From the NCBI GenBank assembly GCA_043798915.1, contig JAZDOG010000020.1, positions 48,520 to 112,519 of the forward strand: DNA of 64,000 bases, given 5' to 3'. The translations under genes and the position numbers were made by a program. Positions 53,318-62,640 of this stretch are shown here, in pieces (the first letter of the stretch is position 1; each line of letters begins with the position of its first letter). This DNA is from Pseudomonadota bacterium. Lineage in GTDB: Bacteria > UBA10199 > 2-02-FULL-44-16 > JAAZCA01. Below the pieces are notes generated by a model that saw nothing but the letters and a program-made list of their open reading frames with translations, had not been told where the DNA came from and did no database searches.

Positions 53318-54394
53318 ATGCTCTACTATCTATTGTATCCGCTGCGCGACGACATCAGCGCGTTCAATATCTTTCGATATATAACGTTCAGGACGTTCAT
53401 GGCCACGTTCACCTCTATGGCCATATATTTCATATACGGCAAAAAGATGATCGAGGTCATCGTCCGGCGCCAGTTCTGGCAGACGGTCCGCAGCGACGGC
53501 CCGGTCACGCACATGGACAAGCGCGGGACCCCGACGATGGGAGGGATTCTCATCTGGCTCTCCGTCTTCGCCTCCACCCTCATATGGTCGCGCTTCGCGG
53601 AGCCGTTCGTCGTGATCTCAATGGCTGTCATCGTCTCCTTCGGCGGCATAGGTTTCATAGACGACTACAGGAAGGTGATCCTCAAGGATGCGAAGGGGCT
53701 CAAGGCCCGTTACAAGTTTCCGCTGCAGCTCGCCGCCGGCGTCCTCGCCGCCCTCGCGCTCTTCGATATCCTCGGGCTGTCGAGCACGCTCTCGGTCCCG
53801 TTCTTCAAGAATTTTGCTCCGGATTTGGGATGGGGCTACATTGCATTCGCGACGCTCGTGATCGTTGGCGCGTCGAACGCCGTGAACCTGACCGACGGGC
53901 TCGATGGGCTGGTGAGCGTGCCGTCGATGGTGGCGTTTCTGGCGTACGCTATCCTGGCGTATGTCGCAGGCAACGCGGTGATAGCCCGCTACCTGGCGGT
54001 GCAGTCGGTCCCGGGCAGCGGCGAGCTGGCTGTGATCTGCGGCGCAGTGGTCGGGGCCTGCACGGGTTTTCTCTGGTACAACGCGCACCCCGCGTCGATC
54101 TTCATGGGGGACGTCGGCTCCTTGCCTCTCGGCGCGCTCCTCGGATATGTGGCGGTGGTGACGAAGACCGAGATGCTCCTGCTCTTTATCGGCGGCATCT
54201 TCGTGCTGGAGACGATATCAGTTATCACGCAGGTAGCGTCGTTCAAGCTCACCGGCAAGCGAATATTCAGGATGGCGCCGCTCCACCATCACTTCGAACT
54301 CAAGGGCTGGGCCGAGTCCAAGGTGATCGTGCGCTTCTGGATCATTTCGATCATCCTGGCGCTGGCGAGCCTGGCGACGCTAAAATTGAGATGA
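53318..54394 (+). CDS. mraY: Phospho-MurNAc-pentapeptide transferase
   Basis: GTPTMGG, GFIDDY, NAVNLTDGLDGL, FMGDVGS, MAPLHHHFE. Confidence 0.97.
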   Translation: MLYYLLYPLRDDISAFNIFRYITFRTFMATFTSMAIYFIYGKKMIEVIVRRQFWQTVRSDGPVTHMDKRGTPTMGGILIWLSVFASTLIWSRFAEPFVVISMAVIVSFGGIGFIDDYRKVILKDAKGLKARYKFPLQLAAGVLAALALFDILGLSSTLSVPFFKNFAPDLGWGYIAFATLVIVGASNAVNLTDGLDGLVSVPSMVAFLAYAILAYVAGNAVIARYLAVQSVPGSGELAVICGAVVGACTGFLWYNAHPASIFMGDVGSLPLGALLGYVAVVTKTEMLLLFIGGIFVLETISVITQVASFKLTGKRIFRMAPLHHHFELKGWAESKVIVRFWIISIILALASLATLKLR

Positions 54395-54404
54395 AGATAA
54401 CACA

Positions 54405-54483
54405 CCCCTCCCCTTTGTAAGGGGAGGATGGGTGGGGTAGATCGTGGTCTACCTCCCCTGGCCCCTCCTTACAAAGGAGGGGG
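54405..54483. repeat. REP-like paired palindrome between mraY and murD
   Basis: CCCCTCCCCTTTGTAAGGGGAGG...GGTAGA-TCGTGG-TCTACC...CCCCTCCTTACAAAGGAGGGGG; two inverted units. Confidence 0.7.
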
Positions 54484-54499
54484 AAAAGAATTCATAATT

Positions 54500-55891
54500 A
54501 TGCGAACTCTTAAGGGAAAAAAAGTTCTGGTGCTGGGGTTGGGCAAGTCCGGCGTGGCTGCGGCGCGCCATCTCGCGGGAGAAGGCGCGACAGTCGTCGC
54601 TGCGGACTTGAAGTCCGCAACAGAGCTTGGGAGCCAGATGAAGGCGCTCGCGGGCCTGCCGATAGCATTTGCCCTTGGCCGGCACGAGCCGAATATCTTC
54701 GACGAGGCGGAGGTCATCATCATAAGCCCCGGGGTTCCGTTCGATCTCCCTGAGCTCCTCCGCGCGCGATCCAGAGGCGTGTCAGTGATGGGCGAGATGG
54801 GGCTCGCCGTCCGCCTCATAGACCGGCCGATAGTGGCGGTGACCGGCACCAACGGAAAGACGACGACCACAACGCTCATCGGCCACCTGCTGGAAGGCGC
54901 GGGCTTGAAGCCTTGCGTCGCCGGCAACATCGGGACGCCGCTTCTCGATGTGGTGGATGATGCGCGCCGCTCCGATGCCGTCGTCCTTGAAGTGTCGAGC
55001 TTTCAGATAGAGACGGCGCCGTCGCTTTCACCGCGGATAGCCGTATGGCTCAACGCGACTCCAGACCACCTGGACCGCCACCTGACGTTCGATGCCTATG
55101 TCGCCTGCAAGGCCAAGCTCCTGGCGCGGGTCTCGGTCGGCGGGTGGGGGATATATAATGCCGCAGACGATGCAGTCTCTCAGGCAGTCGTGACATCCTC
55201 GGCCAAATTGATGCCGTTCGACGCGACGGGCCGCCTGATGGGCAAGGAGAGCCAGGGTCCCTGCGCATGGTTCGGCGGGGGCGACCTCTGCGTGCGCGCA
55301 AAGGGGGAGGAGCCGAACCGCTATCCGCTGGGGGATGTGAAGCTCGAGGGAATACACAATCGGGAGAACATGCTCGCTGCCCTCTCCGCTGCGGAGCTCT
55401 GCGGCGCAGATCCGGAGGATTTGAGGCGCGCGCTGGAGACCTTCAAGGGGCTTCCCCATCGCGTGGAACTGGTGGGGGAGCACAGGGGCGTGCGTTTCTA
55501 CGACGACTCGAAGGGGACGAACGTCGGTGCCACCTCAAGGGCCATCGAGGGCTTCGCGGAGCCGGTGGTGCTGATAGCCGGCGGGCTCGCCAAGGGGGCG
55601 GACTTTGCGCCTCTCGCGCCGTCGGTGCGCGAACACGTGAAGATGGTCGTTCTCATAGGGCGCGACGCTGATCTCCTGGAGAAGGCGCTCAAGGGGAGCA
55701 CGGAGATCATCCGGGCATCCTCCATGGACGATGCGGTGCGGCAGGCATTTAGCGCCGCACAGCCGGGCGACGTCGTGCTCCTGTCGCCGGCCTGTGCGAG
55801 TTTCGATATGTTCCGCGATTATGCCGATCGCGGGGAGGCATTTTGCCGAACCGTGCAGCATCTGAGCAGCGCCGCCAAAGAGCGAAGGTGA
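54500..55891 (+). CDS. murD: UDP-MurNAc-L-Ala:D-Glu ligase
   Basis: LGLGKSG, ISPG, GTNGKTTT, EVSSFQ, DHLDRH, DDSKGTN, LSPACASFDMF. Confidence 0.96.
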   Translation: MRTLKGKKVLVLGLGKSGVAAARHLAGEGATVVAADLKSATELGSQMKALAGLPIAFALGRHEPNIFDEAEVIIISPGVPFDLPELLRARSRGVSVMGEMGLAVRLIDRPIVAVTGTNGKTTTTTLIGHLLEGAGLKPCVAGNIGTPLLDVVDDARRSDAVVLEVSSFQIETAPSLSPRIAVWLNATPDHLDRHLTFDAYVACKAKLLARVSVGGWGIYNAADDAVSQAVVTSSAKLMPFDATGRLMGKESQGPCAWFGGGDLCVRAKGEEPNRYPLGDVKLEGIHNRENMLAALSAAELCGADPEDLRRALETFKGLPHRVELVGEHRGVRFYDDSKGTNVGATSRAIEGFAEPVVLIAGGLAKGADFAPLAPSVREHVKMVVLIGRDADLLEKALKGSTEIIRASSMDDAVRQAFSAAQPGDVVLLSPACASFDMFRDYADRGEAFCRTVQHLSSAAKERR

Positions 55892-55897
55892 TTTTTT

Positions 55898-57019
55898 ATG
55901 GACAGCTGCGATTATCAGAGAGTTCATTTCGATTCATGGCTCCTCTTCGCCGTCGTGTTGCTGGTGGGGCTGGGGGTCATTATGAACTACAGCGCGAGCG
56001 CCGTGCTGGCGCAGGAGCGCTATGGCGACGGTTACTATTTCCTCAAACGCACCATGGCGTTTGCGTGCCTGGGGTTTTTGGGGATGGCCGCGGCTGCGCG
56101 CTTTTCATATGGCCGGTATCGCGTGGCGACGTACCCGATACTGATAGCGGCGCTGGCGATGATGGTCGCCGTGTTCATCCCTGGAGTCGGCAGGACGATC
56201 GGCGGTGCGACCAGGTGGATCGGGGTTGGGCCCTTCAGGATTCAGCCCTCAGAGATAGCGAAGATGGCCATGATATTATTCCTGGCGTATTCGCTCGAAA
56301 AAAAGGCCAAGAAGATAAAAAGTTTCAGGGTGGGGTTCCTGTCGCATCTCCTCATCATGGGCATGGTCTCGGGATGCATCCTCTATCAGCGCGATCTTGG
56401 CGCTGCCGCCACCATCGCGATGATCACGTGGTTCATGATGTTCGTGGCCGGAGTTCGCCTTCCGTACCTCTTCGGAATGCTGGGGGCGGCGCTCCCGCTC
56501 GTCATCATGCTCGTTGCCGGAACCGGCTACAGGCGCAGGAGGATGCTGGCTTTTATGAACCCGTGGAGCGACCAGTACGGCTCCGGCTTCCAGATAATAC
56601 AGTCGTTCGTCGCCTTCAACGAGGGAGGCTGGTTCGGGAGGGGATTGGGCCAGGGCCAGCAGAAGCTCTTCTACCTCCCCGAGGCGCACACCGACTTCAT
56701 CTTTTCTGTCGTCGGCGAGGAGCTGGGGCTCGTGGGAGTGGGCCTTATCATCGCCCTCTTCACATTCTTCTGCTACCGTGGGTTCCGTCTGGCGCTCGAC
56801 GCGCCGGATTTCTTCGGCCGCTATCTGGCAATCGGATGCACTCTCCTCATCGGGCTCGAGGCGGTGCTCAATATGGGTGTGGTGATGGGCCTTTTGCCGA
56901 CGAAGGGGCTCACGCTTCCGTTCATCAGCTATGGCGGATCATCGCTCGTCGTGTCGCTCGTCGCGGTGGGTGTGCTGTTAAATGTTTCGACGTACAGGAG
57001 GGTTGAGAGGCCGTGGTAA
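55898..57019 (+). CDS. ftsW: SEDS peptidoglycan polymerase FtsW
   Basis: IQPSEIAK, YLPEAHTDFIF, LPTKGLTLPFISYGGSS. Confidence 0.96.
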   Translation: MDSCDYQRVHFDSWLLFAVVLLVGLGVIMNYSASAVLAQERYGDGYYFLKRTMAFACLGFLGMAAAARFSYGRYRVATYPILIAALAMMVAVFIPGVGRTIGGATRWIGVGPFRIQPSEIAKMAMILFLAYSLEKKAKKIKSFRVGFLSHLLIMGMVSGCILYQRDLGAAATIAMITWFMMFVAGVRLPYLFGMLGAALPLVIMLVAGTGYRRRRMLAFMNPWSDQYGSGFQIIQSFVAFNEGGWFGRGLGQGQQKLFYLPEAHTDFIFSVVGEELGLVGVGLIIALFTFFCYRGFRLALDAPDFFGRYLAIGCTLLIGLEAVLNMGVVMGLLPTKGLTLPFISYGGSSLVVSLVAVGVLLNVSTYRRVERPW

Positions 57020-58104
57020 ATGGAACGGACATATTGATCGCCGCTGGCGGCACCGGGGGGCACCTCTTCCCCGGCATCGCGATCGCGGAGGAGATGAGGA
57101 GGAGGAACGGGTCTCTCCGCATCCTCTTTGCCGGGACCGGGCGCGGCCTCGAAGCGACGCTCTGCCCGAAGCTGGGTCTTCCTCTCATCCTCATGGGCTC
57201 ATCGTCCATCAAGGATCGAAAGGGGATCGCGAGGATCGCCGCATGGGGACGCCTCCCGCTATCGGTCATGCGTGCGATCTCGATACTTAAATCCCAGGGC
57301 CCCAGACTCCTCGTGAGCGTCGGCGGATACGCGGCGGGTCCTCTCTCGCTTGCGGCATGGCTCCTCCGCATCCCGTTTGTCCTCATCGAGCCGAATGCGA
57401 TCGCGGGGCTCACCAACCGCGTCATAGGAAGATTCTGCCGCCGCGCCTTCGTCCAGTTCGCGGAGGCCTGTTCCTTCTTCCCCGCAGGAAGAGCGATCGT
57501 GACCGGCAATCCGGTGCGGAGCGAGGTGCTCTCTGCCAGACGCGAGCGTGCGCACGCGGATGGGCCGCTGACCGTCTTCGTCTTCGGGGGCTCGCAGGGA
57601 GCTCTGCGGCTCAACCGGGCGATGCTGGACGCCGTCGCGCTCATGGGCGCGGAAAAAGAAAAAATTCGTCTGATACACCAGACTGGTTCGAACGACGATG
57701 TGAGGACGATCGAGCGCGTTTACAGGGATGCGGGCTTTGCCGCGACGGTCTTCCCGTTTGCCGAACGGATATGGGAGCATTACGCCAGGGCCGATCTCGT
57801 GGTTGCCAGGGCCGGAGCTACGACGGTCGCGGAACTCTCTGTCCTCGCATTGCCTTCGATACTCGTGCCGTATCCGTTTGCGGCCGACGACCACCAGCGG
57901 GCCAACGCCCGCGGGATGGCAAGGCTGGGCGGCGCCGTCGTGATCGACGACGGCGAATGCACGGGAGAGAGGCTCAAGCAGGAGCTGATGGATTTTGTCG
58001 ACAGGCCGTCGAGGCTCGACGCCATGCGCGCCGCGCTCAAGTCTGCCGGCAGGCCGGATGCGGCGCAGAGGATCGTGGATGAGAGTTTCAAGCTGATGTC
58101 ATGA
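57013..58104 (+). CDS. murG: Lipid II GlcNAc transferase
   Basis: AGGTGGHLFP, GGY, TGNPVR, GGSQGA, RAGA.TVAE, HQRANA. Confidence 0.96.
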   Translation: MVNGTDILIAAGGTGGHLFPGIAIAEEMRRRNGSLRILFAGTGRGLEATLCPKLGLPLILMGSSSIKDRKGIARIAAWGRLPLSVMRAISILKSQGPRLLVSVGGYAAGPLSLAAWLLRIPFVLIEPNAIAGLTNRVIGRFCRRAFVQFAEACSFFPAGRAIVTGNPVRSEVLSARRERAHADGPLTVFVFGGSQGALRLNRAMLDAVALMGAEKEKIRLIHQTGSNDDVRTIERVYRDAGFAATVFPFAERIWEHYARADLVVARAGATTVAELSVLALPSILVPYPFAADDHQRANARGMARLGGAVVIDDGECTGERLKQELMDFVDRPSRLDAMRAALKSAGRPDAAQRIVDESFKLMS

Positions 58105-58130
58105 CATGCAGGAAAATCAGGAGAAAAAAG

Positions 58131-59507
58131 ATGTTCAAGAAATATCAACAGATTCATTTCGTGGGGATCGGCGGCATCGGGATGAGCGGCATCGCCGAAG
58201 TCCTGCTCAATCTGGGATATCGCGTGACCGGCTCGGATATCAAGGCCAGCGACACCACGAAGCGTCTTGCAAAGGGGGGCGCGCGCATTTTCAAAGGGCA
58301 CCGCAGGCAGAACGTGGATGGCGCGCATGCGGTCGTTGTCTCCTCCGCCGTGGCTCAATCGAACCCCGAGGTGAGGGAGGCGATCCGGAAGGGTGTGGCG
58401 GTGGTGCCGCGCGCCGAGATGCTGGCCGAGCTCATGCGTCTCAAGTACGGCGTGGCGGTCGCCGGCACGCACGGCAAGACCTCGACGACCTCGCTCATCG
58501 GCTGCGTCCTGGATTGCGCGGGTCTGGACCCCACTCTCATAATAGGCGGAAGGGTGAACAGCCTCCGCTCCAATGCGAAGCTGGGAAAGGGAGAGTTTCT
58601 CGTCGCCGAAGCGGACGAATCGGACCGATCGTTCTTGAAGCTTGCTCCCACGGTCGCGGTCATCACGAACATCGATCCGGAACACATGGAGAACTACCGC
58701 GGATTCTCCGACATGAAGCGCGCGTTCATCGAGTTTGCGAACAAGGTCCCGTTCTATGGCTCGGTCATCGCCTGCAGCGCGCATCCGGTCGTGGCTGGGA
58801 TACTCCCGTCGATCACCAGGCCCTGCGTCACATACGGCGGCCGTGGGGCGGACTACACGGCCCGGAACGTGATGCAGGAGGGAGAATGCCTCTCGTTCGA
58901 GGCGCTCTATCGCGGCGAGCCAATTGGAAACGTGGGCCTTAAGATGACCGGCTCGCACTATGTGCTGAATGCCCTGGCCGCGATCGCAGCGTGCCGCCAG
59001 CTCGACATCCCGTTCGCGACGATCCGCAAGGCGTTCAAGGGATTCAAGGGTGTGGCGAGGCGCTTTCAGATTTTGAGGAGGGACGGGCCGCTGGTCGTCG
59101 ACGACTATGCGCATCACCCGGTGGAGGTCGCTGCGACGATCTCGGCTGCGCGCATGGGATGGCCGGAGAGAAGGATCACGGCAGTCATTCAGCCGCACAG
59201 GTATTCCAGGCTCGCGCTTCACTTTGATGCCTTCGTGAAATCGCTCGGGGGCGCCGATGCCGTCATAGTTATGGATGTTTATCCTGCGGGCGAGCGCCCG
59301 CACAAGACATACACAGGGGAGAGACTATGGAAAGAGGTGTGCAGGAAATACCCGAAGAAGATGGTCGCGTTTGCGCCGGCGGGGCAGGATGTGATGACGA
59401 CTCTCGCGCCCTGGTGCAGGAGGGAGGACGTGGTCCTCTTCCTGGGGGCGGGGAGTGTCACACAGACGGCGAGGGCTTTTGCGAAGAGCCAGACTTCTCC
59501 GGCTTGA
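58131..59507 (+). CDS. murC: UDP-MurNAc:L-Ala ligase
   Basis: GIGGIGMSGIA, GTHGKTSTT, EADESD, DDYAHHP, QPHRYSR. Confidence 0.96.
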   Translation: MFKKYQQIHFVGIGGIGMSGIAEVLLNLGYRVTGSDIKASDTTKRLAKGGARIFKGHRRQNVDGAHAVVVSSAVAQSNPEVREAIRKGVAVVPRAEMLAELMRLKYGVAVAGTHGKTSTTSLIGCVLDCAGLDPTLIIGGRVNSLRSNAKLGKGEFLVAEADESDRSFLKLAPTVAVITNIDPEHMENYRGFSDMKRAFIEFANKVPFYGSVIACSAHPVVAGILPSITRPCVTYGGRGADYTARNVMQEGECLSFEALYRGEPIGNVGLKMTGSHYVLNALAAIAACRQLDIPFATIRKAFKGFKGVARRFQILRRDGPLVVDDYAHHPVEVAATISAARMGWPERRITAVIQPHRYSRLALHFDAFVKSLGGADAVIVMDVYPAGERPHKTYTGERLWKEVCRKYPKKMVAFAPAGQDVMTTLAPWCRREDVVLFLGAGSVTQTARAFAKSQTSPA

Positions 59508-59557
59508 ACCCGAGGCTTAAGGCTAGGTTCGAACGGAAGCGGGAGGAACTGATCCGC

Positions 59558-60481
59558 ATGACGCGGGAGCAGAAGGATGAGCTCGTGCGGCTGCTTCCTG
59601 AGGCGAAGGTGAGCTTCGACGAGTCGATGTCCGGCCATTGCTCCATCGGCGCCGGAGGCCCGGCGGAGGCCTTTGTCGTGGTGGAGAAGATCGATGAGCT
59701 GAAGAGAGTCATCGAATGGAGTTCGGAAAAGAATATCGATTATCGCTTCTGGGGCGGCGGCGGCAACATGCTCGTCCGCGACGGCGGCGTGCGCGGCCTC
59801 GTCATAAAGCTCGGCGAAAGCTTCAGCTCGATCGAGGTGGAGCGCGAATCGGGCAACGATGTATTCGTGAAGGCGGGAGCTGCGACATCCACGGCAGAGC
59901 TCGCGCGATGGTCCGCCGATGCGGGTCTCTCCGGGCTCGCCTGCCTCGCCGGAGTCCGGGGCACCGTGGGTGGAAACCTGATCATGAATGCGGCGACGTC
60001 CGCGGGGGCGATAGGCGATGCGGTGGAGGAACTCTCCATCATCGATCGCGAGGGGCGCGAGCTGACGCTCAAGAGATCGGCCCTGCACTTCGAATACAGA
60101 AGGCTCAAGCTGCCCCGTACTGCGGCAGTGATCCGCTGTCTTCTGCGCCTTGAGCGCACCGGAATCGATGAGGCGAAAGCGGCGCTCGAGGAGGCAATGA
60201 AGAAGCGGTCCGAGGCGCAACCCGCGGAGGCAAAATCGCTGGGCTGCGTCTTCAAAAATCCGGGCAAGACCCCTGCCGGCGTGCTCATCGAAGATGCAGG
60301 GCTCAAAGGGGTTCGCGTCGGCGGCGCGCGCGTGTCGACCATCCACGCCAATTTCATAGTGAACGAGGGGAAGGCCGCCTCCCGCGACATAACTGTGCTC
60401 ATGGGGCTTGTCCGTGAGCGCGTGAAGGAGAATTCGAGCGTAGTTCTGGAACCTGAGATCCAGATCATCGGGGATGAATGA
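59558..60481 (+). CDS. murB: UDP-N-acetylenolpyruvylglucosamine reductase
   Basis: GGPAE, GTVGG..IMNA, FEYR, GCVFKNP, HANFIVN, LEPEI; alternative TTG start at 59504. Confidence 0.9.
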   Translation: MTREQKDELVRLLPEAKVSFDESMSGHCSIGAGGPAEAFVVVEKIDELKRVIEWSSEKNIDYRFWGGGGNMLVRDGGVRGLVIKLGESFSSIEVERESGNDVFVKAGAATSTAELARWSADAGLSGLACLAGVRGTVGGNLIMNAATSAGAIGDAVEELSIIDREGRELTLKRSALHFEYRRLKLPRTAAVIRCLLRLERTGIDEAKAALEEAMKKRSEAQPAEAKSLGCVFKNPGKTPAGVLIEDAGLKGVRVGGARVSTIHANFIVNEGKAASRDITVLMGLVRERVKENSSVVLEPEIQIIGDE

Positions 60482-61302
60482 TGAGAAATGCTCGAAAAGA
60501 GCGCAGCGTTTTCCTCATCCGCCAGACGGTGAGGAAGCATCGCGGCTGGACGCGAAGGCTAAAGGTGGCCGAGCGGCTCCTCGTGTCCTTTGCGATCGTG
60601 ATAGCCGGGCTCGTCTGCCTCTACGGGTTCTACCTCATGGTGTTCACCGGATCCACCTTTGCCACCCGGCAGATCGTGGTCGAGGGGAAGTGGAAGTACC
60701 TCACCGTGCAGGGGCTCGCCGATCTCTCCGGTGTCATGGAGGGGGACAACCTCTTCTGGACGAGCGTCGCCGGGGTCCATGCGAAGCTGATCACAAATCC
60801 GTGGGTCAGATCCACGGCGGTCCAGAGGCGCCTGCCCGGCACGCTCTGGATCTATGTGGAGGAACACCAGCCTGTTGCGCTGCTTCTCACGGGCGAGGGC
60901 CTTTCGTATGTGGACGAGGACGGAGAGCCCTTCAAGAGGGTCGAGGCCGGGGAGGATAAAAATTTTCCGGTCTTCACCGGCTTATCGTCGGCGCTCAGGG
61001 ATGACGGGACGCTCTCGGACGGGGATCATGTGAAGGAGATGCTCCGGATCATCGAGCTATTCCGGGGCTCCGAGTTCGGCAGGGAAAGGGATGTTGCGGA
61101 GATCCACTACGATGTCATCAAGGGTTATTCTCTCGTCACGCAGAGAGAGCCGATGCAGATAATGTTTGGGCACAATGCCGTCGCGGAAGGGGTCGGGCAG
61201 CTGGACAGGATGAGAGCTGCCTTTGCTGCCCGTCCGGGACGGATTCAATATATGCTGGCAGACGAACCAGGAAGGATAATCGTGAAGTATCAGACTTCAT
61301 AG
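60478..61302 (+). CDS. ftsQ: Cell division protein FtsQ
   Basis: Single TM, POTRA (NPWV..VQRRLPGTL.IYVEEHQP); immediately before ftsA. Confidence 0.88.
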   Translation: MMRNARKERSVFLIRQTVRKHRGWTRRLKVAERLLVSFAIVIAGLVCLYGFYLMVFTGSTFATRQIVVEGKWKYLTVQGLADLSGVMEGDNLFWTSVAGVHAKLITNPWVRSTAVQRRLPGTLWIYVEEHQPVALLLTGEGLSYVDEDGEPFKRVEAGEDKNFPVFTGLSSALRDDGTLSDGDHVKEMLRIIELFRGSEFGRERDVAEIHYDVIKGYSLVTQREPMQIMFGHNAVAEGVGQLDRMRAAFAARPGRIQYMLADEPGRIIVKYQTS

Positions 61303-61316
61303 CAGTCCACGAGTCG

Positions 61317-61353
61317 ATCAGCCGACGGCTGTCTCGAACAGCTGTCAGCTGAT
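61317..61353 (+). promoter_or_regulatory. 16-bp stem-loop in the ftsQ-ftsA spacer
   Basis: ATCAGCCGACGGCTGT-CTCGA-ACAGCTGTCAGCTGAT; no U-tract. Confidence 0.5.
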
Positions 61354-61385
61354 AGGCTTATGGACGGGCAGAAAGGGGGATGGAT

Positions 61386-62612
61386 ATGGCAAAGCGGGAT
61401 GAGCTGGTGGTGGGCCTCGACATAGGCACTACCAAAATTTGCGCGATCGTTGGAGAGGTTGGGAACGAGGGGATGGACATAGTGGGGATCGGCACTCACC
61501 CCTCCAAAGGCATGCGGAAAGGGGTGGTCGTCAACATCGAGAGCACGGTCAACTCCATCCGAAAGGCGGTGGAGGAGGCGGAACTCATGGCCGGCTGCGA
61601 GATAACCTCGGCCTATGCGGGCATCGCGGGCGGGCACATCAAGGGGCTAAACAGCCACGGGATCGTCGCGATCAAGGACAGAGAGGTGGGCGCCTCCGAC
61701 GTCGAGAGGGTGATCGACGCCGCGCAGGCTGTCTCCATCCCGCTCGACCGCGAGGTCATCCACGTCATACCGCAGCAGTTCATTGTGGACGATCAGGACG
61801 GCGTGCGCGATCCTGTGGGCATGAGCGGGGTGCGCCTCGAAGCGAAGGTGCACATCGTCACGGGGGCTGTAACCTCCGCGCAGAACATCATCAAATGCTG
61901 CAACCGCGCGGGCTTGAACGTCAACGACATCGTCCTGCAGCAGCTCGCCTCCTCTGAGGCCACGCTGTCTCTGGACGAGAAGGAGCTGGGGGTGGTGCTC
62001 CTCGACATCGGCGGAGGGACGACCGACATTGCCGTATTCTCCGGCGGGTCGCTCGTGCACACCGCCGTGCTCACGCTCGGCGGCAACCACCTGACCAACG
62101 ACGTGGCGGTGGGTCTGCGCACGCCGTTGCACGAGGCGGAGAAGATCAAGCAGAAGTATGGATGCTGCACCGCCGGCATCATCCACAAGGACGAGACTAT
62201 AGAGGTGCCGTCGGTGGGCGGCAGGAGCCCGCGGGTCCTCTCCCGGCAGATACTCGCCGAGATCCTCGAGCCGCGCATGGAGGAAATATTCACGCTCGTC
62301 CAGCAGGAGATCAGCAAGTCTGGCTACGAGGACATGATCGCGGCCGGCATGGTGCTGACCGGCGGGACCTCGATGCTCGATGGCGCGATGGAACTGGCCG
62401 AACAGGTCTTCAACCTGCCGGTCCGCCGCGGCAGCCCTAGGGGGATAGGGGGGCTCGTCGATGTGGTGAGAAATCCCATGTATGCGACGGGAGTTGGCCT
62501 GGTTATGGTCGGATCGACGTCGCGCGAGGACAAGCGCTTCAAGATACGCGACAGGAACGTCTACTCGAAGGTGAAAGGCCGCATGAAGGAGTGGCTTGGG
62601 GAAATATTCTAA
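61386..62612 (+). CDS. ftsA: Cell division protein FtsA
   Basis: GLDIGTTK, DPVGMSGVRLE, DIGGGTTD, LTGG; C-terminal amphipathic MKEWLGEIF. Confidence 0.97.
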   Translation: MAKRDELVVGLDIGTTKICAIVGEVGNEGMDIVGIGTHPSKGMRKGVVVNIESTVNSIRKAVEEAELMAGCEITSAYAGIAGGHIKGLNSHGIVAIKDREVGASDVERVIDAAQAVSIPLDREVIHVIPQQFIVDDQDGVRDPVGMSGVRLEAKVHIVTGAVTSAQNIIKCCNRAGLNVNDIVLQQLASSEATLSLDEKELGVVLLDIGGGTTDIAVFSGGSLVHTAVLTLGGNHLTNDVAVGLRTPLHEAEKIKQKYGCCTAGIIHKDETIEVPSVGGRSPRVLSRQILAEILEPRMEEIFTLVQQEISKSGYEDMIAAGMVLTGGTSMLDGAMELAEQVFNLPVRRGSPRGIGGLVDVVRNPMYATGVGLVMVGSTSREDKRFKIRDRNVYSKVKGRMKEWLGEIF

Positions 62613-62640
62613 AAACAAAAAATGATGAAGGGAGGATACA

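Noticed and set aside
60230..60265. MurB GCVFKNP (Cys at the catalytic Ser position) as a sign of inactivation
   Set aside because: Cys variants occur in functional MurB enzymes; the ORF is intact and syntenic.
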